A stretch of DNA of 64,000 bases from Blastocladiella emersonii ATCC 22665 (Eukaryota; Fungi; Blastocladiomycota): the NCBI GenBank assembly GCA_025594325.1, contig JANHCV010000001.1:3224001-3288000 (forward strand). Direction: 5' to 3'. Made by a program: the position numbers and the translations under genes. Below the pieces are notes generated by a model. The model ran no database searches. It saw only the letters and a list, made by a program, of their open reading frames with translations, and had not been told where the DNA came from. Numbering within the stretch: position 1 is the first letter of the stretch; each line of letters begins with the position of its first letter. This document shows positions 1 to 11,853 of this stretch, piece by piece.

Positions 1-498
1 ACTGCTGCCGCGCCGGCCACCTCCGCCGCCGCTGCCGCCTCCGGCGCTCGAGAGGCTGTTCAGAGAGTTGATGGCGGATGCCGCGCCGCCCTGTTGCGAG
101 CTGCGGTGGAACGTGTCGCCGGCGCGGAGCTCGCGCGTCGTCAGCGCGAGCTGGTCGAGCGCAGCCTGCTTGCGCCGCTCCTGCTCGGCAAGGGCGCGAG
201 TCCCGGCGTTTCGCCCGGATTGCCATTTCCCGAGCAGCTGCTTGAACTTGGACTCGTCGGCGGGCGACACGCGCGCAACCGCTGCGAGTTTGGGAGCGGC
301 TGGTTTCGGGCCGTGGAGGTTTGGGCGACGCCGGCTCGGTACAGCCGGGACCGCTGCGCCGGGTAACCCGAGAGGCGAGGCGAACGCGTTCGGAAGCGCG
401 CCACCGTCAAACTGGATGCCTGGGAACAGGTCGACGTCGTCGACGTCGGGCCGCGCCGCCGCGGGGCCTCCCGTATCGTCGGGCGCGATCGTATTCAT
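1..498 (-). CDS. 5' part of a hypothetical protein (MNTIAPDDTGG...) running off the left edge of the window
   Basis: ATG at 498 on the minus strand; the frame I read stays open toward base 1 with GC3-rich codons; no recognisable domain. Confidence 0.45.
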   Translation of the reverse strand, partial: MNTIAPDDTGGPAAARPDVDDVDLFPGIQFDGGALPNAFASPLGLPGAAVPAVPSRRRPNLHGPKPAAPKLAAVARVSPADESKFKQLLGKWQSGRNAGTRALAEQERRKQAALDQLALTTRELRAGDTFHRSSQQGGAASAINSLNSLSSAGGGSGGGGGRRGSS

Positions 499-728
499 GG
501 TGTGGCAGTTGCAGATAGTGTGTGTGGATGCATTTACGTGATCGGCCGGCGACGATGCGGCAACGGACGCGTTCAAGGTCGCGTCGCGAAAACACGTGGG
601 GCGGGAGACAAATTCCTGCGCCACCCTGCTCGCCCCCGCTTTCGCCACGCCGATCGCATCGTCATGCCTTTCCTCTCGACCCCCGACTGAACATGTATAC
701 TAGACCGCAGCAGCGCTGCTCGCACACC

Positions 729-2237
729 ATGCAACGATTTCTTCTGGCCGCCGCCGCCATCTTGCTCGCCCTCGGCCTCGCCGCGACCCCTGCGGGCGCC
801 ATCACGTCGCGGCTCGGCCTCGAGATAGAACAGTCCGAAGTCCGCGCGCCCGGCATCGTAGCGTCCGTGACGTGCCTTCTCCCTCTCGACGCGCCGTCCG
901 TGTACTCGTGCCGGCGGTTCGACTCGGCGCTCGGGTCGGTGCTCAAGGCCATGTCGGTATCCCTAAAACTCGACGGCGCCGCGGCCAACCCCATCCGCAT
1001 CGAGGCCCACTTCATCCCGTTCTGCGAGGAGGCTGTCGACGCCCTCGACGGCGCCGAGGAGGCTGGCACACGGTGCGCATCGGCCATGTCGCACGCCAAC
1101 GCGCTCGCCTTTGCCAGCTCGGTCCGGTACTGGAAGCTGCGCGAGGTCGCGGCACCCGGGAACTGGGCGTTCGCGCCGTCGTGTGTCGTCAAGAACCTCG
1201 CTGGTGCAGGGCTCAAGGTCACGGGCAGCGGTAAGGGCGGCGCAGCGCCCGCGGGCGGGGACAAGTTCAACTTTGAGTACGACGCAGACATAAGGATCCA
1301 GGTTCGGTCCGATTGGGACGGCTGGTACTTTGAGGTACGTTCATCGCGGTGGCCGACCCTGTAAACCGCCGGCTGACCCTGTCGCGCGTAGTCGGCTGCT
1401 TCAGCACCCACACGCAACCAGATGGACATCCGTATCACCATGACGCACGAGCTGCTACACGGCTTCGGCGTTTCCTTTACGGGCCTTGACTCGTCGCTGA
1501 TCCCGGGCCTGACGATTCCATGGCATTTCGGCCCCTCGGGCGGGTACTGGACCAACTGGACCGACGTGATGCCATGGTACCTGCTCCACATGGTCGACGC
1601 GACGACCAAGACGCCCGTGACGGACCTGGTGCGCGCCGTGCAGGCGTGGCAGCCCAAGTCGCGCACCGTGCGCATGGACGATGTGGTGCCGGCCATGCAG
1701 CGCGACGCGCCCGCCGCGTACGCGGCCGCGCAGAAGCTGCAGCAGCTCCTGACGACGCCGCGCGCACTCGCGATCCGTACCGGTGGCGGCAGCGGCGACT
1801 TCGTGTACGTCGACACGTCCGCGGCCAACGTCACGGGCAACTCGGCGGTGCACCTCGACTCGGCGACGTACGGCGCGGCCGCCGACGACGCGATCCTCGT
1901 CCTCGACACGGGCAGCTACATGGGCCGGCCCTGGAACGCGACGCTGGGGCCTGTGCTCGCTGCGACCATGGCCGAGCTCGGGTTCCCGCGCGACGACGAC
2001 GCGCGGAACAAGCTCGCGGCCGCGTGGACCGCGACCACGGCCGACGCGACGTACCTCGGCGGCCAGCGGATCGACGTGATGCAGTGGAAGTGGAACTGGG
2101 TCAAGAACGGGTCCTGGACGCTCGTCAACGTCCTGCTCATCCTGCCGCTCACCGCGGCGTGGGTCGCGCTCGCGCGGCAAGACTGGCGCGTGATGCAGGT
2201 GCAGCGCGAGTGGTTCGAGATGCGCGGGAGTGTGTAA
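729..2237 (+). CDS. Secreted or membrane-anchored putative zinc metalloprotease, 2 exons, ~484 aa
   Basis: Signal-peptide-like MQRFLLAAAAILLALGLAA at 729. A GT-AG intron at 1335-1391 joins the two ORFs in frame (YFE|SAASAPTRNQMDIR). HELLHGFG (HEXXH) motif at ~1446-1469; C-terminal hydrophobic segment WTLVNVLLILPLTAAWVALA. Confidence 0.65.
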
Positions 2238-2289
2238 CAACAGAGTCGCTGTACAATAAATAATAGATGTATCATTCTGCCCCCTCGAG

Positions 2290-4523
2290 TTACTGCTGCT
2301 TGGGCGCTGCGTCCAGCGTATTCTCGGGCGGCTGCGACGGCGACGGTGAGGGCGTGGGCACCGTCTGGCCGAGCGCGAACAGGAGCGGGACGGACATGCC
2401 CGGGTTGGTCGTGGTCGCGGCGAACCGCTGCTCAAACGACTTGGCCGCTACGTACTCGTTGGCGTGGGTACGGTCGGCCGCCGCGCGCGCGAGCTGGGCG
2501 AGCGCGCTGACCTTGTCTGTGGCCTCCGCGATCTACAGCGGGGGGCGGGCGGAGGTGAGTTTACCACGCGCGAAGGAAGCGGACGTTCGATCGACGTACA
2601 TCGTCCGCGAGCTGGAGCATCTCGGCCTCTTCCTGCGCCGTGGTGTCGGGCTTGTAGATGAGCTCAAGCGCCGCGATCTCCTCGGGCGTCAAGGCGGCGA
2701 GGAGCTCGGCCTCGGGCATGGCGTGGCGCTCGGTTGCCGCGAGCTTGGTGCTCTCGATGGCGGCACGGTGCTCCTCCTGGAACTCGTCGAGGACCGCGGC
2801 CCACTGGTGCGCCTCCTCGGTGAGCCTAGTCCGGGGCGGGTCAGCGGGGGTTGGACGAGGGAGAAAAGTGTGCGAGCGGACGCACATGTCGATCTCGAAC
2901 TCGACTTGCGCCAGCTCCGTGCGAATTTTCTCATTGGTGGGGTTCGGGCGGAGCAGGAGCGGGCCGGGCTCGTCAGGTTCGGCCGTCTGTTGTTTCGCGC
3001 GCGGGGGAGAGAGTGAGCGAGTGCGAGTTCCGGGCGGGCGAGTTGTGCGGTATCGTACCGGATCCGTTGGCCAGCCAATGTCCTCGAACGAGCTCTTGGA
3101 GAACAGCTTGGTCATCTCGTACGCGAGGTCGGCCGCTACGAACCACAACAGTCAGTTTTGCGCGTTGTCGGCAGTGCGGGTGGATTGCGTACCGCAGTAG
3201 GCGATGGTCGGGTCGTTGTCGAGCGAGTCAAGCTCGGGTTCGGACGGCTGCGGCGGAGGTGGCGGGAGCGAGGCCTTGGATTTGGCGATGACGGCGTCGA
3301 GCCCCTTCTTCTTCTTTGGGTTCTTCTTGACCACGAAGTGGTTCAGGGCGTGCTGGCTCGCCCACGCGAGCAGGGTGCGGAAGCGCACGAACGGCGGCTG
3401 GTCGTCGGGGATGTGCTTGTACAGGTCCTCCTTGGGCACGGACTTGTCGGGCACGACTAGAACAGTAGCGAGAGAGGGGCAGGTCAGTTTCGTGTTCGTC
3501 CCCGCGGTCGTGTGCGCGCGTACGGAACAGCTTGGACTTGGCCATGGAGCTGCTGCGGCGCGAGAGCGAAGTGCGGCGCGGCGCGGGCTTCTTGCTCTGG
3601 CTGCGTTTCGCGGCGCTCGCGCGAGGACCGGGCACCGGCGCGGCGGAAGGCGTTGGCGGAACCGCCGGGTCGTCGCCCGCGGGCGGCAGGATGGGCGCGC
3701 TCGTGTCGTTGTAGTTTTCGTCGAGCACGGGCAGCTGAAATGGAGGCGGGTTTGGGTTCGGGGCCGGGACCAGCTGCGGTTCGGGTTTCGAGGGCGAAGC
3801 CGCGGCCGGGGCGGTAGCGGCTACTGCAGCGGCCGACGTAAAGGCCGTCGAGGTCGGGCGGAGCGGGAGCCGAGGGCCGAGCCCGGACGCGGGTTTGGGC
3901 GCCGCTGGCGCAGCGGCGGGCCGCGGTGCGCCCGCGGCAACAACGGATCCGGGCCCGAGTTTGGACGGGAACGCCGGTGCCCTGACCGCGGGGCCGAGGG
4001 GCAAGCGCGTGAACGGCGAGCGCGTCGCCGTCGTCGGCACGGAGCGTTTCGCCGACGAGAGCAGGTGGAGCGGCGGGGCAGGAAACGACGAGGTGCGGCC
4101 GGAGCCGGGCGGCCGCCTGATCTCGGCGGGGGCCGGGGTCATGACGTGCGCGAACGCCGGCGTGCCACCGCGGCTCAGCGCGGATCCGGCGGGGCGGCCG
4201 CTCGCGGTGAAGTGGGCGTGTGCGTCGCCCGGCAACCCGCTCCCAGCCGGCGTGGCAGCGTGCTTCGCCGACGGGGCGCCCTTGCCGAAGTTGAACTGCG
4301 GGTGGCCGCGAGCCATCAGGTCGATGAAGCGCGGCACACGCTTCAGCGGCGGCTGCATGGTGGCGGCCGGGCGCTCGCCAATGGAGGGTGCATTCATGGT
4401 GTTGGAGGTTGCCGGAGCGGCGACCGCGGGAGGTGGTGGTGGTGGCGCGGTCCCCGCTGCGCGAGCAGGCGATGGTGGCGCAGGGGCCGCGTCGCGCGCG
4501 GGCGGCGGTGCATTCGAATTCAT
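2290..4523 (-). CDS. DSN1: Kinetochore Mis12-complex subunit Dsn1/Mis13-like, multi-exon
   Basis: Spliced product has basic RRTSLSRRSSS, then VPDKSVPKEDLYKHIPDDQPPFVRFRTLLAWA (resembles the Dsn1 VPxxxxYKHIxxxxPxxxRxxxLLxW block), then RPNPTNEKIRTEL and a coiled coil. Introns at 3457-3523, ~3147-3192 and ~2533-2564; stop TAA at 2290-2292. Confidence 0.65.
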
Positions 4524-4724
4524 GGTGGCGGCGGGTCGGCGGCGGCGGTGCAGCAAGTGCGCTCGCGCGTCCTCCCGAGCTGTGCGGCGTGCGGAGGGCG
4601 GCGCGGAGAGAGGGGGAGGGTGATGCGCTGCACGATGGAGCGAGCGAGGGGACGCGTTGCTGCTCTCGGTTCGGGTGCCGTGTGAGATCACGTCCGCGGA
4701 TCAACACGCCCACGCCGCAAAAAA

Positions 4725-6491
4725 ATGTATCGCTGCACCCTCGGCGCCCCGCTCGCGCGCGCCGCAACTCGGTGCATCGCGCGCGCCGCATCGAGCGCGT
4801 CGCACGTCCCGAACAAGCACCGCGCCGTGCTCGATGCGCTGACGCCGGCCGCCGCCGCGGCCCCCGGTTCGGCCGCGCACCACCACAAGGCGGCCCTGAC
4901 CTCGCTGCCGCCCGCGCTCAACCAGGCGCTCGCGCACGTCCTCAACGCCGCCGACGGGCCGCGCATCCGGACCGGCGCCGTGCGCATCTTCGACTCGCTG
5001 CGGTCGACCAGCGGCATACTCGACCCGGCGCCCGGCCGCGCCGCCCCGCCCAGGCTCATGTCGCTCGCCAACCCGGACCGCGTCCTCACCCCGCACCACG
5101 TCGCCTACGACGCCGACCTCGTCCCCGCCTACCTCGCCGCCCGCATGCCCGCGTGCTACGCCGCCGCCGAGCGCGCCCTCGCCGAGACCTACAGCAAGCT
5201 CGGCACGCCCGACCACGCCCCGCGCACCGTGCTCGATCTCGGGACCGGGCCGGGCACCGCCGTGTGGGCGCTGCGCTGCGTTGAGCGGGACATGGGCGTC
5301 GAAAAGCCCGCGGACGTGACGGCCGTGGACGTGAACCGCGCCATGCTCGATGCCGCGCGCGCGCTCGGCGCCCAGGCCGGGCTCGATGCGGGCGTCACCT
5401 TCGCCGAGTTCCTCCCCGCCAACCCGAACGCGCGCTTCGACCTGTCCATCGCCTCGTTCCTCTTCTCCGAGGTCGAGGACCCCGCGCTGCGCGCCAGCCT
5501 GCTCCGCTCGCTGTGGAGCCTCACCGACGGCACCATGGTCATCATCGACCGCGGCACCCCGCGCGGGTTCAAGCGCCTCGTCGAGATCCGCGACTGGGTC
5601 CTCGCCCAGGACGACGCGACTATTCTGGCGCCCGTACGTCGCTCTTACTCCTGCCGCTGCGCGCTCCCGACGGGTCCTAACCTTCTCTCCCCCACCCAGT
5701 GCCCGCACATGAAGACGTGCCCGCTGAGCACCGGCGGCCGCGACTGGTGCCACTTTGCCCAGCGCCTCGAGCGCCCGCCCGAGATGCAAAAGACGAAACA
5801 CGCCAAGACCAACCTCGAGGACGTGAAATTCACCTACCTCGTCGTCAAGAAATCGGCGCCCTCGCTCGTCCCGACCAACTCGGCCGCCCTGTGGCCGCGC
5901 GTCCTCGGCCCGCCCCTCAAGCGCGGCGGCCACGTCCTCCTCGACGTCTGCACACCGAGCGGCAACGCCGAGCGCATCGTCGTCGCAAAGTCCATGGGCA
6001 AGGACGCGTTCAAGGCCGCCCGCAAGCTCGGGTGGGGCGACCAGTGGCCGTTCGGCGCCAAGGCCGCCATGCCCGGACGCGGGATTGCCCGCAGCCGCGA
6101 CGACGAGACCGTGGTCGCCGAGGACAAGAAGAAGAAGGATGGCGGCAAGCAGGACAAGACCAAGAAGCTCCTCTCGGGCGAGAGTCGCCGCAAGGCGACG
6201 CGGCTCGACGAAGAGGTTCTCGTCGCCGCTAAGGAACCCGCCCCCGCTGTCGCTGCGCCCGCTCCCGTCGTCGAGCCCTCGGTCCCAGCACCCGCACCAG
6301 CCGCCGAGTCGGCCGAGTCCGCCGCTTCCCCGAAAACAGCAGCAGCAGCGCCGGGCCGACGCAGCCGACTGGCCAAGCGCAAGGAGATCAACGAGGCGCT
6401 GGCCAAGCGCAAGGAGATCAACGAGGCGCTGGCCAAGCGCAAGGAGATCAACGAGGCGCTGGCCAAGACCAAGCTGAGCGACGCCGAGTAA
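4725..6491 (+). CDS. RSM22: Mitochondrial small-subunit methyltransferase-like protein Rsm22/METTL17
   Basis: YLAARMPACYAA, SAM motif VLDLGTGPGT, IIDRGTPRGF, APCPHxxxCPL restored by removing the 66-nt intron 5634-5699, CHFAQRLERP, EDVKFTYLVV, GHVLLDVCTPSG, ARKLGWGDQWP. Confidence 0.9.
   Translation: MYRCTLGAPLARAATRCIARAASSASHVPNKHRAVLDALTPAAAAAPGSAAHHHKAALTSLPPALNQALAHVLNAADGPRIRTGAVRIFDSLRSTSGILDPAPGRAAPPRLMSLANPDRVLTPHHVAYDADLVPAYLAARMPACYAAAERALAETYSKLGTPDHAPRTVLDLGTGPGTAVWALRCVERDMGVEKPADVTAVDVNRAMLDAARALGAQAGLDAGVTFAEFLPANPNARFDLSIASFLFSEVEDPALRASLLRSLWSLTDGTMVIIDRGTPRGFKRLVEIRDWVLAQDDATILAPVRRSYSCRCALPTGPNLLSPTQCPHMKTCPLSTGGRDWCHFAQRLERPPEMQKTKHAKTNLEDVKFTYLVVKKSAPSLVPTNSAALWPRVLGPPLKRGGHVLLDVCTPSGNAERIVVAKSMGKDAFKAARKLGWGDQWPFGAKAAMPGRGIARSRDDETVVAEDKKKKDGGKQDKTKKLLSGESRRKATRLDEEVLVAAKEPAPAVAAPAPVVEPSVPAPAPAAESAESAASPKTAAAAPGRRSRLAKRKEINEALAKRKEINEALAKRKEINEALAKTKLSDAE
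6369..6467 (+). repeat. 30-bp coding tandem repeat, 3.3 copies (LAKRKEINEA)n, in the RSM22 C-terminal tail
   Basis: ctggccaagcgcaaggagatcaacgaggcg repeated three times, then ctggccaag. Confidence 0.95.
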
Positions 6492-6561
6492 TATACACAC
6501 AAAGTTCCTAGTTACAGCAGCAAAACTGTTCTCTCATTCAGCACACGCAAGGAATCGGCAG

Positions 6562-7798
6562 TTACACCTTGGCGTCGTCGAGGACCCGCACGCCCTTCTC
6601 CTCGTAGTCGGAGCGCTTCATCCAGAAGAGCGGGTTGTTCTTCATGGTCTCGGCGAGGACGGCGCCGCCGACAAAGACGGCGTGCTTGCGGCCGGGCGGG
6701 TCCTCGACCTTGATCTTGAACTTGCGCATGCGCATGTTGTCGCCCTTGAGGATGCGCTGCAGGTACAGCTGGCGCACCTCCTTTTCGAGGCGCGACGACA
6801 GGCCCGGGTACATGGTGGTGCCGCCCGACAGCAAGATGTGCTTGTACAGCTCGGGGCGGTTGTCGATCGGGCACGCGTTGATGGCGTTGAACAGCACCTC
6901 GGCCACGCCGGGCGACTCGATGTCGACGAGGTGCGGCTGGAACAGCGCCTCGGGGGCCTCGAACCGCTCGGACCCGACCTTGATGACGCGGCCGTCGGGC
7001 AGCGTGTACTGCTCGACGAGCACCGTGGTCTCGGTGGCCAGCTTCTGCTCGAGGTCGAGGTCGTAGGCCACGTAGCACAGCTTCTCCTTCATCTGGCGCA
7101 CCGTCTCGAAGTCGGCGGTGCGGTTGAAGGCGTAGCCGCGCAGCGTCATGAGCTTGATGAGGTACCGCGTGATGTCGCGGCCGGCAATGTCGAGGCGCTT
7201 GGTCTGGTGCGGCAGCGCGTAGCCCTCGTAGACGGGGACAATGTGGGTGACGCCGTCGCCCGAGTCGACGACCACGCCCGTCAGCAGGCCCTGCGCGTAC
7301 AGGGTGAGCACGGCCTGGATGGCGACGTAGGCGCCGTCGAACTGGAACTTCTCGAACATGACCTCGATCATCTTCTCGCGGTTCTTGCGCGGGTTGAGCG
7401 GCGGCTCCGTGAGCAGGATCTTGGCGTCGCGCGTGTCGTCGACGCCCAGCTTCTCGCGGAACGTGTAGTCCCACATGAGCTCCATGTCCTCCCAGTTGCG
7501 CACGATGCCGTTCTCCATCGGGTACGACATCTGCAGCATGGCGCGCGCGGCGGCCGCCTCGTCGCCGATCATGATGTCCTTGAGCTGCACCGACGTGTCC
7601 ATGGTCTGCTCGGCACGCAGCATCGGCCGGCCCATGACGCTCGGGAACGTCGTGGTCGGGAACTTGTCGCCGGCGAACCCGGCCTTGACAAACTACGAGT
7701 GCGGGTGGGGTCGGCATGAGCGTCGCGCGCGGGAGCGGGCGGGCGGGCGAGCGGCCGCATACCCCGGTGCCATTGTCGCACACGATGATCTTGCTCAT
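6562..7798 (-). CDS. ARP2: Actin-related protein 2 (Arp2/3 complex)
   Basis: [12 protein letters not shown], intron 7693-7762, FVKAGFAG; [75 protein letters not shown]. Confidence 0.95.
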
Positions 7799-8135
7799 GG
7801 TGGCTGTGGTCGTGTCGTGGATACGTTGCAGGGGCAGACCCACGGCTCCGTGGTCGCGATCTTGGGGCGAGCGGGGACAGCAGCGGTGGCGCGACGCCTC
7901 ACGCGTTCGCCCGTCGCGAAAGCTGATCGGCGCGAGCGGACCGCCGCTCACCTGAGCCCGGCTGACCGCGTCCTCGTCCTGCCGCTCTCGTTCTCGTTCT
8001 CGTTTCGCTTTGCTGCCGTACTCTCTCTCTCCCGTCAAGCAACCCGCGGAGCCCGCCAGTGCATGTAACCCGCGCGCCGACTCTGCGCAACCTGCACCGA
8101 TCCGCCCGCCGCGACCCACCACCACCACCACTACC

Positions 8136-11100
8136 ATGTCCGGCTACCGCGGCTACGGCGCGGCCGCCGCTCCTCCGCAACGGGCCAAGGGCTCCGCCAA
8201 CGCCACCGGCAGCACGTCGGCCGCTGCCCCGCCGCCGACCGACGACCGCCTGACGCAGGACGACGACGTCGACTTCTCGTACCTCGAGGGCACGCAGTTC
8301 GGCGCCGGCGCCCACCACCACCACCACCACGGCTACGGCGGCGCGTCGCAGTTCGACTACGACGACCTGACGCTGCCGTCGCAGTCGCACTTCACCCAGT
8401 TCACGCAGTTCACCCAGGACACGGCCGGCGTCGACGACCTCGGCCTCTCGCAGCCCGGGCCCGACTTTGACGCCAGCCAGAAGCTCGTGTTCGCCGACGA
8501 GGACGATCTCGACGGCGCCGAGGACCACGACGACGACGACGACGTGAACGGTGCCGGTGCTGGTGGGGATGCCGACGCGAACAGCTTCGACGGCGACGAC
8601 TGGGCCGGCGTCGATCCCGAGGAGGACGCCATCGCGCTCGTCGACGAGGAGGACGACGAGGATCTCGAGGAAGAGGAGGAGGAGACGCCCGACATCCACC
8701 TGCCCGACCACGCCTGCAAGTACGTCCCTCTTGACCTTTCGCCGTCGCGACCAGCGCTGACCCCCCCTCCCGATCACACTGCTAGGTACTGCGGCATCCA
8801 CTCGCCCGCGTCCGTCGTCAAGTGCCTGGCGTGCAAAAAGTGGTTCTGCAACTCGCGCGGCCAGACCTCGGCCGCCCACATCATCTCGCACCTCGTGCGC
8901 AAGAAGCACAAGGAGGTGTCGCTGCACCCGAAATCGGCGCTCGAGGAGACCATCCTCGAGTGCTACCAGTGCGGGTCGCGCAACGTGTTCCAGCTCGGCT
9001 ACATCCCCGCCAAGAACGACACGGTCGTCGTGCTCCTGTGCCGCACCCCGTGCGCCACCGTCACCGCGTCCAAGGACATGGCCTGGGACACGGCCAAGTG
9101 GCAGCCGCTCATCGAGGACCGCACCTTCGTCTCGTGGCTCGTCAAGCAGCCGTCCAACGACGAGGTCGGCCGCGCCCGCAAGCTCACCATCTCGCAGATC
9201 AACAAGCTCGAGGCCCTTTGGGCCGAGGGCCACGACGAGGTCAACGCCACCAACATCGAGGACGACTCGGTCATCCCCGCCGAGGACGACGTCCAGCACG
9301 TGCTCCTGCGCTACGACGACGCCTACCAGTTCCAGAACGTCATGGGCCCGCTCGTCAAGATGGAGGCCGACTACGACAAGCAGATGACTGAGGCCCAGAC
9401 CCAGGAGGACGTGGTCGTGCGCTGGGACGTCGGTCTCAACCAGCAGCGCCTCGCGTATTTCGTCCTCGCCAAGTACGAGCTCGGCGAGATGCGCCTCGCC
9501 GTCGGCGACGAGCTGCGTCTCCGCTACCACGGCGAGCTGCGCAAGCCGTGGGAGGGCGAGGGCCACGTCGTCAAGGTCCCCAACAGCCACAGCGACGAGG
9601 TCGCCCTCGAGCTCAAGCTCAAGCACGGCCACGACGCGCCCATCCAGTGCACGCACAATTTCTCGGTCGATTTCGTGTGGAAGTCGGTCTCGTTCGACCG
9701 CATGCAGCGCGCCCTCAAGGCCTTTGCCATCGACGAGACGTGCGTGTCGGGCTACATCTTCCACAAGCTGCTCGGCCACGACGTGCCCCTGCCGCCGCTC
9801 AAGCCCCTCACCACCAAGAAGTTTGCCGCGCCCGGCCTGCCCGAGCTCAACTACACCCAGGCGTACGCCGTCAAGTCGGTCCTGCAGCAGCCGCTGTCGC
9901 TGATCCAGGGCCCGCCCGGCACGGGCAAGACGGTGACCAGTGCCACGCTCGTCTACCACTTCTCCAAGCAGAACGCCGGCAAGGTGCTCGTGTGCGCGCC
10001 GTCCAACGTCGCCGTCGACCACCTCACGGAGCGCATCCACCGCACCGGGCTCAAGGTGGTCCGGCTCACGGCCAAGTCGCGCGAGGAGCTCGACAGCCCC
10101 ATCTCGTTCCTCACGCTGCACGAGCAGGTGCGCAACAGCGACGTGCACCCGGCGCTGCGCAAGCTCGACCAGCTCAAGCAGGAGCAGGGCGAGCTGTCGG
10201 CCGCCGACCAGAAGCGCTACGTCAAGCTCAAGCGCCAGCTCGAGCAGGAGATCCTCGACGCGGCCGACGTCATCTGCTGCACGTGCGTCGGCGCCGGCGA
10301 CATGCGGCTCAGCAAGCAGCGGTTCCGGTCGGTGCTCATCGACGAGGCGACGCAGGCGACCGAGCCCGAGGTGTTCATCCCGCTGGTCCGCGGCGCGAAG
10401 CAGGTGGTGCTCGTCGGCGACCACCAGCAGCTCGGGCCCGTGGTCATGAACAAGAAGGCGGCGCAGGCCGGGTTCACGCAGTCGCTGTTCGAGCGGCTCA
10501 TCCTGCTCGGGATCCGGCCGATCCGGCTCCAGGTCCAGTACCGCATGCACCCGTGCCTGTCCAACTTCCCGTCCAACATGTTCTACGAGGGCTCGCTGCA
10601 GAACGGCGTCACGGCCGCCGAGCGGCTGCGGCCCAACGTCAACTTCCCGTGGCCCGTCCCCGAGAAGCCCATGTTCTTCCACGCGTGCTACGGCGCCGAG
10701 GAGATTGCCTCGTCGGGCACCTCGTACCTCAACCGCACCGAGGCGGCCAACGTCGAAAAGTGCGTGACGCGGTTCCTCAAGTGCGGGGTGCAGCCGCACC
10801 AGATCGGCGTCATCACACCGTACGAGGGCCAGCGGTCCTTCATCGTGTCGTACATGCAGTTCAACGGGTCGCTCCGCCAGGACCTGTACAAGGAGATCGA
10901 GGTGGCGTCCGTCGACGCGTTCCAGGGCCGCGAAAAGGACTACATCATCCTGTCGTGCGTGCGGTCCAACGAGCACCAGGGCATCGGGTTCCTGTCCGAC
11001 TCGCGCCGCCTCAACGTCGCCCTGACCCGCGCCAAGTTCGGCCTCGTGCTCCTCGGCAACCCCAAGGTCCTCTCCCGCCACGGGCTCTGGCACCACCTGC

Positions 11101-11783
11101 TCACGTCCTTCAAGGAACACGGCGTCCTCGTTGAGGGCCCGCTCAGCAACCTCAAGCCGTCCATGGCCCAGCTCTCGCACCCGAAGCGCGCCTTCAACCT
11201 CAACGAGGAGCGCATGAAGCGCCAGTTCCACGCTGGCGTCCCCGACAACGTGCGCACCGGGTACGGCACCCCCGCCGCCAACACCAACGGCGGCCTGCTC
11301 GTGCTCCCCGAGGCGCCCGCGGGCTACTTTTCGGGTCCCACGACCGTCGGGTCCGCTGCTGCTGCCGCGGCCACGGCTGCCGCCTCGGCCAACCCGTTCA
11401 TGTCCAACGAGTTCTACGACCCGATCACGCTCATCTCGCAGGGCATGTCGCAGGCGTCGCTCTTCTCCCAGGACTACCTCCACTCGCAGCAGTCGGTCGC
11501 GAGCCAGCGCGCCACCGCGCTCGGCGCCATCGGCGGGCACCGCGGTAACAAGCTGCAGGCGCTCACCCAGAACCAGACCATGCGCATGGACTTTGTCTAC
11601 GGCAAGGCCGCGGCAGCGGCGCCGGGCGGCGGGGTCCCGGGGCTCTCGCCCGCGGGATCGTCGGCGTCGCTTGGAGCGGGGGCCGCCGCCGCGTCGTCGG
11701 CGAGCGCGGGCATGAGTCTCGGCAGCCTCGCGGACGACATGTCGCAGGGCAGCTTCCAGTCCCAGGGCTTCACGCAGTTTTGA
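8136..11783 (+). CDS. UPF1: Regulator of nonsense transcripts 1 (UPF1/NAM7), SF1 RNA helicase
   Basis: CH domain (YCGIH...VVKC...[16 protein letters not shown]), Walker [49 protein letters not shown]; 66-nt intron at 8720-8785. Confidence 0.97.
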   Translation: MSGYRGYGAAAAPPQRAKGSANATGSTSAAAPPPTDDRLTQDDDVDFSYLEGTQFGAGAHHHHHHGYGGASQFDYDDLTLPSQSHFTQFTQFTQDTAGVDDLGLSQPGPDFDASQKLVFADEDDLDGAEDHDDDDDVNGAGAGGDADANSFDGDDWAGVDPEEDAIALVDEEDDEDLEEEEEETPDIHLPDHACKYVPLDLSPSRPALTPPPDHTARYCGIHSPASVVKCLACKKWFCNSRGQTSAAHIISHLVRKKHKEVSLHPKSALEETILECYQCGSRNVFQLGYIPAKNDTVVVLLCRTPCATVTASKDMAWDTAKWQPLIEDRTFVSWLVKQPSNDEVGRARKLTISQINKLEALWAEGHDEVNATNIEDDSVIPAEDDVQHVLLRYDDAYQFQNVMGPLVKMEADYDKQMTEAQTQEDVVVRWDVGLNQQRLAYFVLAKYELGEMRLAVGDELRLRYHGELRKPWEGEGHVVKVPNSHSDEVALELKLKHGHDAPIQCTHNFSVDFVWKSVSFDRMQRALKAFAIDETCVSGYIFHKLLGHDVPLPPLKPLTTKKFAAPGLPELNYTQAYAVKSVLQQPLSLIQGPPGTGKTVTSATLVYHFSKQNAGKVLVCAPSNVAVDHLTERIHRTGLKVVRLTAKSREELDSPISFLTLHEQVRNSDVHPALRKLDQLKQEQGELSAADQKRYVKLKRQLEQEILDAADVICCTCVGAGDMRLSKQRFRSVLIDEATQATEPEVFIPLVRGAKQVVLVGDHQQLGPVVMNKKAAQAGFTQSLFERLILLGIRPIRLQVQYRMHPCLSNFPSNMFYEGSLQNGVTAAERLRPNVNFPWPVPEKPMFFHACYGAEEIASSGTSYLNRTEAANVEKCVTRFLKCGVQPHQIGVITPYEGQRSFIVSYMQFNGSLRQDLYKEIEVASVDAFQGREKDYIILSCVRSNEHQGIGFLSDSRRLNVALTRAKFGLVLLGNPKVLSRHGLWHHLLTSFKEHGVLVEGPLSNLKPSMAQLSHPKRAFNLNEERMKRQFHAGVPDNVRTGYGTPAANTNGGLLVLPEAPAGYFSGPTTVGSAAAAAATAAASANPFMSNEFYDPITLISQGMSQASLFSQDYLHSQQSVASQRATALGAIGGHRGNKLQALTQNQTMRMDFVYGKAAAAAPGGGVPGLSPAGSSASLGAGAAAASSASAGMSLGSLADDMSQGSFQSQGFTQF

Positions 11784-11853
11784 GAATCGGAATGAAGATG
11801 GGCGTGTCTAGTGCAAAATGTATCGAAGAAGAGCTTGCATGATACCTCGCTGA

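Noticed and set aside
7899-11540. Very long antisense ORFs (also 4701-6500, 22642-25497, 26921-29935, 47966-49591)
   Set aside because: Shadow frames of GC3-rich genes on the opposite strand; no motifs
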